Source: Octopus sinensis (lineage: Eukaryota). Taken from it: 64,000 nucleotides of DNA. Of this stretch, positions 40,045-52,605 are shown piece by piece. The stretch is taken from NCBI RefSeq assembly GCF_006345805.1, contig NC_043004.1, positions 19,344,001 to 19,408,000 on the forward strand. The letters run 5' to 3'. The notes beneath the pieces are model-generated. The model did no database searches and was not told the origin of the DNA. It saw only the letters and a list, made by a program, of their open reading frames with translations. The first letter of the stretch is position 1; each line of letters opens with the position of its first letter. Position numbers and translations under genes: made by a program.

Positions 40045-41100
40045 TAGGCACAAAGCCTGACATTTTGGGGAGGGGGCTAGTCAATTACATCGACCCCAAT
40101 GCTCAACTGGTACTTATTTTATCGACCCCGAAACGATAAAAGGCAAAGTCGATCACGGCGGAATTTGAATTCAGAACGTAAATAGCTAGGAGAAGTGCTT
40201 TCTGTCCGACACGGTAACGATTCTTATTTCTTTACTGCCCACAAGGGGCTACACACAGAGGGCACAAGCAAGGACAGACAGACAGATTAAGTCGATTATA
40301 TCGACCCCAGTGCGTAACTGGTACTTATTTAATCGACCCCCAACGGATGAAAGGCAAAGTCGACCTCGGCGGAATTTGAACTCAGAACGTAACGGCAGAC
40401 GAAATACCTATTTCGTTACTACCCACAAGGGGCTAAACATAGAGGGGACGAACAAGGACAGACAAACGGATTAAGTCGATTATATCGATCCCAGTGTGTA
40501 ACTGGTACTTATTTAACCGACCCCGAAAAGATGAAAGGCAAAGTCGATCTCGGCGGAATTTGAACTCAGAACGTAGCAGCAGACGAAATACCGCTAAGCC
40601 TTTCGCCCAGCGTGCTAACGTTTCTGCCAGCTCGTAGCCTTCCTAATAATGCTAATAATACTTCCCACTATAAGCACGCGGCCTGAAATATGGGGAAGTA
40701 AGTTAGCTGATGCCATCGACCATAGTTCTCAACTGGTACTTATTTTATCGAATCCAAGAGTTTAAATGAAAAGCAAAGTTGATCTCGGCGATATTTGAAC
40801 TCAGAACGTATAATCTGTTGTGCGTATAAACAATAAGCAACTTTGGAAATAGAAAATAAAATAACTGCAACAGCAACAATAATAATCCTTTCTACTATAG
40901 GCACAAGGCCTGAAATTTTGGAGGAGGCTGAAAGTCGATTACATCGACCCCAGTTCTTTACTGGTACTTATTTCATTTACCCTGAAATGATGAAAAAGAA
41001 AGTCGACCTCGGCGGGATTAGAATTCAGAACGTAGCGACGGGCGAAATATCGGTAAGCATTTTGTCCAGCTCACTAACGATTCGGCCAGGTCGCTGCCTT
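40045..41100 (-). mobile_element. Cluster of five SINE-B units, three of them abutting head-to-tail
   Basis: The core aaaggcaaagtcga..cggcggaatttgaactcagaacg recurs at ~40140, 40350, 40535, 40770 and 41000. Confidence 0.9.
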
Positions 41101-41115
41101 AACAACAACAACAAC

Positions 41116-41193
<78 letters not shown>

Positions 41194-41280
41194 AATGGTG
41201 GGTGATGGTGGCGGTGGTAGTGGTGGCGACGATGACGACGACGACGATGACGATGATGATGATGATAATAATACTAACGT
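41100..41280. repeat. Compound (AAC)/(AAT)/(GAT)/(GAC) triplet microsatellite
   Basis: Direct reading of the sequence. Confidence 0.9.
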
Positions 41281-41376
41281 GATATTTCATTATATAACTG
41301 CAAAAAACTCACAAACTCAGGCTGAATTTTTGCATGAGTGTGCAGTGTATGCATAAGTGTAGTGTGTGTGTGTGTG

Positions 41377-41410
<34 letters not shown>

Positions 41411-42400
41411 ATCTGTATTATTATGTGTTTCTAGTTCCATCGAATCTAAAAGCTTCAGGGAATCAAAGTTGTTAGACAACTGTCAACAATGAATAAACTC
41501 CATTTCCAACATCCAGTGAATTACTATATTAATTGTTATCTTTCTACAGTCATGTAGTTTGTGTGTTTTAACGCTGATAGCATTACTTTCAGTTTTATAT
41601 CTGCACTTTAAAATTGTTTCAGTAAAAGAAGCACCATTTTTTTTCTATAATCACTAGTTTTTTTCTTGTCGTTGCTTGTTTTTGTTTTCTATTTAAATCA
41701 TTGTTTATTTGTTTGTTTTTTAATTAAAGATTACTAACACAAGTAAATAGATACGTGTATAAAGCAGCTGTAACATTGTCATTGTAAGATAGAGATATTA
41801 AAGTTGTTTTAAATAAAATGAAATGATTCCTAAAATACTGCAGAGCACAATTTGAACACTCCATTTACTACCTCTCTTAAAGAGTGACAAGTAGATTCAT
41901 TGATGGATTCGAGTTCTAGACAAACCATCTAGTTGACTTCAACGGGAGAAACGTTAGAAGAAGCAAGCTATTGGACTACCAATCTGGATGGATCAAATTT
42001 AAATTTGCTGCTGGTGTTTAGTGGTGCATTTGTGTAGATTTGTGTAGTAAAACTAATTTTCTGCATTATAGTTTTGGTAGCTGTTAGCAACAGGTAACCA
42101 GATATCCAGTGACATTTATCAATGATAGACAGACTTCTATCTCAAGGGAGCATCTGGCCAGCTTCTGCTTAATTCCATGAAACTAGAGCTAAGCACTATT
42201 TGTTATGAACTATTACTACTACTTGTAATCGAAGAGGATTACCCCTGTTTATACTACTATGTAATCGCGAGTAGGCATAGACATATTCCGATCCTTCTAC
42301 TTTTCACTCAACGAACACCCAGAATGTAACTGTTGTTTCTCATTTTAACTAAGCAGACTGGAACAATATGTACCTCCCACAAGGACATAATGTACCACCC

Positions 42401-42476
<76 letters not shown>

Positions 42477-42627
42477 ATATATATTATATTAAATTAGAGA
42501 TAAAACCACTATTAGGCAAATCATACAATGAAAAACTCAAGCCAATACATAAGATTTATTAATTTATATTATTTGAAATATATATCAAAATTATTAAAAA
42601 AATATAATTAGTATAACACTACGATTG

Positions 42628-42665
<38 letters not shown>

Positions 42666-43689
42666 GAAATATGTTACAAAAAGAAAATATAAAATACACG
42701 TGGAAATGTAAGGGCAAGATATGAAAAAATCAACGAAAATGCACATTGCAAATAAAAAAAAAGGCTTTTTATGACAGGTAACGACAAATATATACATTTA
42801 GATTGACAGAGGTAGTAATAAGAGTCATAAAAGTCATTATTATGAGATGATTATAAGATGATAATAAAGTAAGAGAACAAAGCGAACCATGGTTACGGCA
42901 AAAAGCTATTCATCGCTTTGAAAACATATATATCCACTCACCGGTGAAATTTCACTCATTACCTTCTTTATTTTTCTAAAATTTTCGTTGCGTCTTGCAA
43001 CCTTTTCAATAGTTTTTCATTCTGTCTGTTATTCACTCGGCGTTCTTTTTGTTTGTTTGTACGCATGTGTGGTGGTCAGTGCGTGTATGTGTGTGTGCAT
43101 ACACATGTATATATTATGTATGTATGTATGTATGTATGTATGTATGTATGTATGTAGTATGTATGTATGTATGTAAGTGTGTGTGTGCATGTATGTATGT
43201 TTGTGCATATGTATATATGTGTGTATGTACATTTGTATGCATGTATTCTGCATATTCATGTGTTTGTGTGTTCGTGTTTGTGTGTTTTTACGTATGTGTG
43301 TGTATGGGATTTTTGCAACTATGTACTGTGTTTGCATGTATGGATGTGTGTCTCTATATGTGTGGATGTGTGTCTCCATATCTGTCTTTGTGTGAAGTGA
43401 AGTGTGTATATATATGGTCATGTGTTTCAGTCTTCATTTTGTGCATGTGTACTTGTCTGTTCATATAACCTATGTACCTATCCGTCTGTAAGTCTATCTG
43501 CTTACTTTCATATCCATATGCCTACATACATGAGCATATAAATATACATATATACACACACCCACCCACACACACACACAAGCACACACATGCATACATC
43601 TATCTACATAACAGCTCACTAACTATTCTACTCTACCTGTGTAAACTGTGGGTATGGGGTATGATATCTACTACATATATTTCCTATTA

Positions 43690-44110
43690 AGTGTTGGAGA
43701 GGTTTAATTTATGAGGACGTACTCCTGTATTTGTCTGAGTGTTGGGTCCTTTGGGTGCTTGGATAAAATGCGGATGTCGAGTTGACCCAGGTTGCCTCTA
43801 TGTTGGGCCTTGACATGGTAGAGTATGAAGGACTGTCTTTTGTCGTCATATTGTCTCAAATGTTCATTTAGTCATTCGCAATGATCCTAGATGTCTCCCT
43901 ATGTATGTCATGTTCATGTCTTTACAAGTACCTTCTATGCATCTTATGCTGTAAACTACATTTCTAGTTCTACAGTTAATACCATGGCTAATCCTACATA
44001 CCATGCAATCATCATTGATGCATATGGTATTCTCAAAGGGGTACGTCCTACATGGTTGTGATCTGGCCCAAAGTCATCTGACAGTAAATCAAAGCCATTT
44101 AATTCCAAGA
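43690..44110 (-). mobile_element. Penelope-like GIY-YIG endonuclease fragment
   Basis: Minus strand gives INCRTRNVVYSIRC...C...TYIGR..LNEHL..ILSKHP (VVY...YIG motif). Confidence 0.75.
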
Positions 44111-44284
44111 ATTATTTATGTTTAGCAACTGAATGAACTAAATAAAAACATCAAAATCTGAAACATTGTGAAAATTGTTCAAACTGAAGTCCTTGAGCGA
44201 CTCATTTTTCCATTCGAATTAATACAGAATTACTGGTAGAATTTATGGAAATTTGATTTACTATCGGGTAACTTCTGGCAAACC

Positions 44285-44364
<80 letters not shown>

Positions 44365-44369
44365 ATATA

Positions 44370-44579
44370 TATATATTTAATTAAACGCCCCACACCCCAA
44401 AAAACGAAGAAAAACAACAATGCGAGGATGTGGTACATGCAAAGTATTAGCGTTCATGGAAGGAAAGAAAGGTTATTTTACGTTTCGAGCAAAGTCCTTC
44501 TTCAGAAACAGAAGGCAAAAGAAAGTCCAAGAGAAAAAGAAGACGGAGGAACAAGTCGCCAACGATCCACATGTAGTTA

Positions 44580-44580
<1 letters not shown>
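44370..44580 (-). mobile_element. PLE-derived repeat with hammerhead motif at 44476-44508
   Basis: TTT-CTGAAGA-A-GGAC-ttt-GCTC-GAAAC-GTA-AAA; homolog of 330-600. Confidence 0.55.
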
Positions 44581-44650
<70 letters not shown>

Positions 44651-44699
44651 CCTGTGTGTGTGTGTGTATAGGTTAGTGGTACAACAACGTACCAATATT

Positions 44700-45382
44700 C
44701 ACATCGGCTAGATTCACCTAGACAAAACTTCAAATGTCGCTACATAAATGCCACCATTTACTCGTCGGAACGCCTGGCCGAGAACAGTGAAAAAGTTTTC
44801 AAAGAAAAATTTATTAAATAGTGCAATACAGTAGTATTGCTTCCTAGTAAAACAATACACCATCAGATTAAAGTATAAGATAGTGGTACAACAAAGTGCC
44901 AATGTTTACTGGAAATAGCAGTCGATACTATACGACGCTATAGTAAAGCTTCACTGTATAAATATACTGGCAAAAATGTTTGCGGGCAGCGAACATAAAA
45001 AATTTCATCTTACCTGTAGGAAGAACATTAAATAAATGTACAAACCAGATGTGCATAATCTAAGACTTCTGTTTAGAACTTTCCAAATTAAGTTTGTTAA
45101 CGTAAATTTGATTAGTTCTCATCGGCTAAATTCACCTAGACAAAACTTCAAATGTCACTACATCAATACCAGCATTTGCTCGTCTGAACGCCTAGCCGTT
45201 AGCAGTAAAAAAAGTTTTCAAAGAAATTATTAAATAATTAAATAATGTAATACAGTAATATTGCTTCCCAGTAAATCAAAGCACCATCTGGTTAAAGTAT
45301 AAATATAGGATAGTGGTATAACAAAGTACAAATTTTCACTGGAAATAGCATTCGATAATATACAACGCTATAATAAAGCTTT
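44700..45382. repeat. Old tandem duplication (~255-bp homologous blocks, ~420-bp period)
   Basis: cggcta(g/a)attcacctagacaaaacttcaaatgtc at 44705 and 45123; blocks end with cgctata(g/a)taaagctt. Confidence 0.85.
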
Positions 45383-45396
45383 TATGTTTTATGTCT

Positions 45397-45790
45397 TACT
45401 AGTTTCAATCACTGGACTGCAGATATGCTGGAGCACCGCCTAGAAGAATCGATCCCAGTACTTATTATTTAAGCCCGGTGCTTATTCTATCGGATTCCTT
45501 TTGCCAAACTGCTAAATTATAGCGACGTAAACAAACTAACACCGGTTGACAAGTGGTGGTGGCGACAAAAACAACCAAAAGACGCACACACTCACACACA
45601 CACACGCACACAAGCATGCGTGCACACTCATATATATCTATTTACGTATATATACACGCACAATGAAATTCTTTCTGTCTTCATCTACTAAATCCACTCA
45701 CAAAGTTTTGAATGACCTGGAGACACCGGCCCAAGATATCACGCAGTGGAACTGAACCCGAAACCTAGAGTTGAGAAGCAAGATTCTTAT
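45397..45790 (-). mobile_element. SINE family A, diverged dimeric copy
   Basis: gctggagcaccgcc...aaatccactcacaaag...gcagtggaactgaacccg. Confidence 0.8.
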
Positions 45791-46129
45791 CATACAGGAA
45801 CGGAAGGAGAAAGCTATTCTGAAACGGGTGACTTGACTTGAATACATAGTCCTGAGTATTATTTTAAACTACATCTTGTAGAGGGTCCATGGTTCGGGAG
45901 TTTCAACCACTATCAGGGTTTCAGCTATAGGTTAATTGACGTAAACCACCGAGAACGAGGGACCCTAGGCTGTTGTCATAGCATCTTAGCATCTTATTAG
46001 GAGGGGCTTATTCTGATGTAAAATTTACTGCTTCATGTGATTGTTGGTCATTTTGCTTCAAAGAAGGAAGAGGAAAAAAGATGAGGACATCTGCTTGATC
46101 AGGAATGGCCGCCCACAATTAAACAATAA

Positions 46130-47250
46130 CAACGACTCTGAATCCATTCATCAGGCGAGTTCTGAAAATAGCTTCTCACTCAGACCATGTTCGCTTCTCT
46201 CAACCACCTTTCAATAAAATTCATTTTTAATCAACACCTGTTTCCCCTCTGCATGTGAAACTTGAAAAAGTTGATCGGGGCTTGGCTCAAGAGTAAAGTG
46301 TTTTCAATCCTTTCATTGGCATCCACCACACAACCTCTTTTGCCATAGTCACCAGACAAAAGGAAAGTTTCTGCCCTTTCAGGTTATTAAAAGGCTATCC
46401 AACCGATAGCCAAACTCCTCTTATATACAAAAGAGATAGCTCTATACGTCAACAATCTCTAGAACCCTCGGAATTTATCTCAAGGCGGAAATAATTATCT
46501 TCACTCTGTTAGGCCAAGGATTTACCAGAATCTTGCCATGAGTCTCTGACTGAAAGTTCTCTGGATCAGTCCAGCTAGTTCATTTTCATTAACGTCCAAG
46601 AACGTCACCACTTTGCTTCCCTGAGAACGCGACCGCATTGCTTATCACTATTCTTCTGTAAGAATGTCAACGCTGAAGCTCTACTGAGCACATTTTCCGA
46701 CTGGTAGATGCTTAAGGGCACCTGACACCATCCCAGTTACCAGTAAAACAGCTTTAGTCTACCACAGCTCAGTCGGAGTAACAAGCTGTGACAAAAAGAC
46801 AAAAGATTGTTCACTATCCTAGAAAAAAAAGTCTCAGTAAATGTCGAAGCCTCAATATATAGCTGCACATCTGCAGCCATGGCATGTTGAGTCCTGTGCA
46901 GCAAGTGAACGCCATAACGTGAGTATACCATGAAAAGCAAAAGAAGAGCTGCTAAATCTTGTCAGTCAAAAACATGCCGGACAGGTGAGCAAATCTAGCA
47001 GGCTATCCAAAATAAGTAACTTACTCATCATACAATTATTTGCTGTTATCAGGTTTTTTCAGCAATTTGCAAATTTTTTGGGAAATCCACTGCCACTTAT
47101 AGCTCACTGTCCACCCATAATATTAATCAAAGCTGCACACAAGTGCTTGGAATCGAGGAGCATGCGTACATCTTAGTCAGAGATTGAAATGCAGCTTTGT
47201 TGCTACGTTATGACTTTGACTTTCAAGCTTCTTGTGCATCTTTCGTGCCC
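46130..47250 (-). mobile_element. L1/Tx1-type ORF2 3' remnant
   Basis: CLVTMAKEVVWWMPMKGLKT is homologous to CLVAIAKEVVLLTPMKGIRT at 11.8 kb. Confidence 0.7.
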
Positions 47251-49117
47251 AAGAATATATGGGTTAGCTCCAACAATGTAATTTGGTATTTCGCATTGAA
47301 GAAATGGTCAATGGCCATTCGAGTAAGGGACTCTGACCAAACAGATCACTGACCATACATTAATATATCTAATTCTGAGTTCAGCTATGTGAAAGGTGTG
47401 CCTTGAGGTAAAGCAATCAGCCTCCTTGACGTGTAGGGTTTCCTTGAATGCCTCTTCAAAATGAGTTTTGCCAATTCTGTTGCAGAAAATTTCAATGTTG
47501 CATGGAAATTTATTCTGTAATTGTTTTGTAGATATCTGACGGTGTCTTGAATTGTAATTTGTCGTTTGCAATGTTGAAGGGGGACAAGTTCCTCAAATCT
47601 CTTATCTTCTGTTTGTGTCTTAATTCTGTTCTGATATACACTCCGTTTATTTGCAATTGTTTATATTTTTATGAGTGAAATTTGGCTATTGCTGTTTTTG
47701 TTGTAGTTGTTCTTGTTTTTATTTTCCTTTTTTGTGGTTGCTATACTGTGTATTCTGTTGTTGCAAGTGATGTGGTTGTGTACTAATAAATACAAAACCA
47801 TAGCTAAAAGAAACTGGGATGGAAATGGATGCCTGGCTGAAAAGAGCAGCTACTAGTGGACTAGGATATAATAAAATACAACAAAAATAAAACAAAACTT
47901 AGCATTAAATGGATTTATTATTAAAAAGCATTTATACGAGTATCGGACATACATGGTTAATACAGACACTCCGTAATAAATAGAATAGCATCAATATTAA
48001 CACGTTGTATCAACCATACCTCGTCAAATTAGAGAGCAACCATATCACTAAAAAGCAAAAGAAAGATGGTTAAGACAGCTTTATACCCATAAGAAAGAAT
48101 TTCTATGAATCTTTCATGGGGACTCATTTTACTTTCTACTCTTCTGCCTCGGAAAAAGTATATGCCATCTCTTGTAAATGGATGATCCGAAACTATTTGT
48201 AAGGATGATCACCTTCTGGAAAACTCACCAAAAAGTACTCGTGAATTCAGGAAATAAAGAAAAGACATTGGAACATGTAAGTGAAAATTATCTATGTAGT
48301 CATACTATTTCTGGACTTATTACAAAAAAATATATTCAAGAAATTAAAAAATAACGGAGTAATACCCCAGTTAGTCTAGTTGTAGAAAACTCTTGTTCTT
48401 TATTCTGCAAAAATACTGCAGAAAATAATTTAGAATTTAGGATTCCTCATGGTAATAATTCTGACGATAAAACTTTATTGACATGTGTAACATATAACTC
48501 CAACACAGAAATACGGAACGGCGAGAAAACATGAACGAATGACAGTTCTTTGATTTAAGAAATGTTCAAGCAAACTGGTAAAGTTAACGACAATCCAATA
48601 CCCTTCTATGGCATCGGAGAAATGGACAAATCCTGCTCTCATTTTAACAGAGATTCAGAAACGAGTCTATAAACTATCATTATGACAGCCGTGTGGTTTT
48701 TCCCTCTGAAGCCCTATTTTCCATGCAAGTAATGAAATTAGTGTATCGAAAATTTTAGTTACGCGGCTTCATTTACTTCATTTGACGCTCTAATTACACC
48801 TGGAAGGAATATAATGTTTTAGAATTAACAGACAGATATATCATTCTATTTCTACTCTGTATACAGAAAACGATCGCACGGCATATGGCAGTATTACATC
48901 ATTCATACTAGATTAATAACTTTACGTTGTTGTTGTCAAGATTATTATCATAAACTCTTTAACATAATGTTATGAAGCTATATAAATATATGCATCAAAA
49001 TAATGTAAAAAGAAAAATAATTAATAATGATATTTTGGGGTGGTATTTGTCTGGTAAGTGATTTGACTGGAGACTGTGTGTTGCGACTAAAACAATTACA
49101 GCATCGAAAACACAAAT

Positions 49118-49245
49118 TAGCCATTTAAAAACACACAAAATCTGTTAACTTCACTTAAACACCAATTGTCCTGAAACTTTTTGGCACCACATAATAAATG
49201 TTTAAGTGAAGTTAACAGTCTTTGAGTGTTTGGAATAGCTAATAT
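49118..49245. repeat. Short inverted repeat / mini-MITE hairpin
   Basis: attagc...ctgttaacttcacttaaaca is inverted as tgtttaagtgaagttaacag...gctaat. Confidence 0.75.
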
Positions 49246-49964
49246 TTGTATTACACGCTGTAATTATGAATAATAATAATTCTTTGAAAACTGACACAAA
49301 GCCAAATATATGGTGGATGGCGCAAAGAAATAAATTAATCTCTGTACTTGACTGGTGCTACAGTTTATTGACTGCAGAAGTATGTAAGACAAAGTTTACC
49401 TCGGAGTGATTTGTTTGACATTACAATCATTCTGTCAGAGCAATCATAACAATGACAGCAAAGATTACTTTACTACTAAACGACGAAAAACACTTAATAT
49501 ATCAAAATGAACTATAAAACTGAAACAGAATTCAAAACAAAGTTAAAGAAAAGAAATGGAGAAAATACTCATCTATTTCCTACATCCCGCAAGGCTCGAT
49601 CGAGAAGATGCGAACCAGTATGAAATCTAACAATATCCTAAAGAACTTGATGTTAATGGCAGCAACCAAGAAACAAATCACTAAGAGCCGATTTTAATTG
49701 TACTAGATCGAAGTCTAGCCTCAATCCCCTCCAAAAAACTACGAAAATACACCGAAATTAAATAAAATAGAAAACTAATATCAACTGCAGTAAACAAATG
49801 GCGTCATCGTTTTATGGCAGAATATAGCCATAGGCCATGATACATAATGTGGTCCTGGGTTTCCTGCATTAAGGAATAAGATGGGCTGATAACGCTGGGA
49901 AAACCTTCGATCATAGTTCTGTTGGGATTAAATAGGAGCAACAACCTGGCTACGGTAATATTCT

Positions 49965-50327
49965 TTATTCTTTTATTCTTTTACTTGTTTCAGTCATTTG
50001 ATTGCGGCCATGCTGGAGCACCGCCTTTAATCGAGCAACTCGACCCCGGGACTTATTCTTTTGTAAGCCCAGTACTTATTCTATCGGTCTCTTTTGCCGA
50101 ACCGCTAAGTAACGGGGACATAAACACTAGGGGACAAACACGCATATATATATATATGTACATATATACGACGGGCTTCTTTCAGTTTCCGTCTACCAAA
50201 TCCACTCACAGGGCTTTGGTCGGCCCGAGGCTATAGTAGAAGACATTTGCCCAAGGTGCCACGCAGTGGGACTGAACCCGGAACCATATGGTTGGTAGAC
50301 AAGCTACTTACCACACAGCCACTCCTG
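49965..50327 (-). mobile_element. SINE family A, full dimeric copy
   Basis: Reverse complement of the 2740-type element. Confidence 0.9.
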
Positions 50328-51792
50328 TAACACAATTGTCGAAACTGACAAGGAGTTCAAAGTGAACCACTCTGATACCATAACCAAAGACAAACGAGAA
50401 AATTTCGATCCTTCTTCAAAAATTTATGCTGAAGGTATTAAAGTACAAAAACCTGAAAACCGAAATAGGCATGGCGTGTGGGTATGGTGCAATGTAGGTG
50501 TTAATATTATTAGCGCACTGTGTATGATAAAAACATAATATCCATACCAGTGTTCATAACTTTACGTACAACTAGAAAAATCGTTGTATTAGGCCCAATA
50601 CAGGTGAAGAAATGAACTTTCTACGTTATGTAACACTGCAGAGCATACATGCAACATAATTACCAGCCAATAAAATAACACATATTGTAACAAAAATAAC
50701 ATCACTTAAACAACGCTTCTTTTACAACAAACACTAAAATAACAAAGAAACAAACAAAACAAACCTACAACACAGTAAATTAACTGAAAAAACACAAACT
50801 GCTTCTTATTCATACCAACAGATTATTGCATGTCAAATACCAAATCTCTTTCTCATCACTCAATCACTCTTCTCTAGAACTGTATTTCTGCTCGTATTTC
50901 CTCTCCATTTAGAAAACTTCTGATGCAGCAAACTAAATTATAAATTAATTCTTCGCTCAGTTCTAGTAATTCCTGTAATTAAGGACACTTGTTCTTCATC
51001 TTCTATGAAATCAATTTTGAAGAAGTACACATCGCCTCTCCCAGAAAAGATTAATAATTATATTTAAGATCTCTGTACTGTTGTTTTTGACTTACGTTGA
51101 TAGAGTATTGTCCAACTAGCTTTCATTCTCAGTTGCAGCAATTTCTCTTCATTTATGATGCGATATGGAAAGTAAAATGGTTGAGTTGATATGATATTTG
51201 TCATTATAATCCTCACCTCAAGTCACACATGATCGAACAGTCCTGTTATCCAAGACATTCTCATCATGACCATCCATTGTGTATCACATTATCAACGTTT
51301 CTCGTCTTTGGACAATAAAGTGTGATTAGAAAGAAATGTGGTTGCTTTTTTTATACAAGGTGGGGGAAGGTCCTCTTCTTAATTTTAAGTCTTCAATTCA
51401 AATATATTGTTGGAATGTTGTATATTCATACATTACTTTTAAATTTCTGTGCTTGAATTAACCAAGTTATCCAGATTAGATAGCAGAACTTATGCAGAGT
51501 AACAACTCAATAGTCTAACATTCTCTCCAGAGATTAGCTTAAAGTCATAGAAATTCTTTATGGGTGGTAGGCTTAATCCAACATATGATTTAACTGCGCA
51601 AAATAGTCCCTGTATGTCATAAAATGAGTTCGCTCTATTGCAAGCATTCGGAGCAATTTTCCAATCTGAGCAGAACTCTCTACCACCACCAGTGTGTGAG
51701 CCCCTGGAAAGTATCAAGGGAGCTCTTCGCACTAAATCATTTTGAAAAAAGAGGAACATAAAGAACCAGGTTATCCTAATTCATATAATAAA

Positions 51793-52060
51793 GGCGGCGA
51801 GCTGGTAGTAACGCTAGCACGCCGGGCGAAATGCTTAGCGGTATTTCGTCTGCCGTTACGTTCTGAGTTCAAATTCCGCCGAGGCCGACTTTGCTTTTCA
51901 TCCTTTCGGGGTCGATAAATTAAGTGCCAGTTACGCACTGGGGTCGATATAATCGACTTAATCCGTTTGTCTGTCCTTGTTTGTCCCGTCTGTGTTTAGC
52001 CTCTTGTGGGTAGTAAAGAAATAGAAATAGGTATTTCGTCTGCCGCTACGTTCTGAGTTC
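51793..52060 (+). mobile_element. SINE family B, full copy plus start of a second unit
   Basis: ggcggcgagctgg...aagaaatagaaatag|gtatttcgtctgccg. Confidence 0.9.
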
Positions 52061-52605
52061 ATAAAAAATCCCCTATAGTTTAGAAAACGTTGACGTTTTG
52101 TTTAAAAAATTATCTTAGGGGAAGATATATTTGTAAAACCATCTTCACTTTCCCTTCTGGTATAAAATATTGTCTATGTAAGAAATAAGATTGTTTTTTT
52201 TTTTGTTTTAGTTATTTTGTCTCTTGTGTGTTGTATATTTGACATAATTATGTTGTATATGATATCATCTGTGTATCTGAGAATGCGTATGCGAGAATGT
52301 GAGTATGCGAGTGGGCACGTCAGTATGTGTCTGTGAGTGGTGGCTGTTCTCTAAGATTTGGGGAATGATTGGATTTGTATGACGCAGGCGTTGGTGCGTA
52401 GACATTGCTCCCGTTGACGTGCGCGTGTTGTTTAGTGTGAAGCTATGTCTGGTGTCTGATCATCTAATGTGGGAGTACTGTGATTATGATAGTGACGGCA
52501 GTGAATGTTTTAACCAGTGTATAGTTGTAGATAGTGCCATTGTAATCTTCGTGTTTGGCTGCTGTTGTTGTTTTTGCGGAAGTGATGCAGCTGATGATGG
52601 TGATA

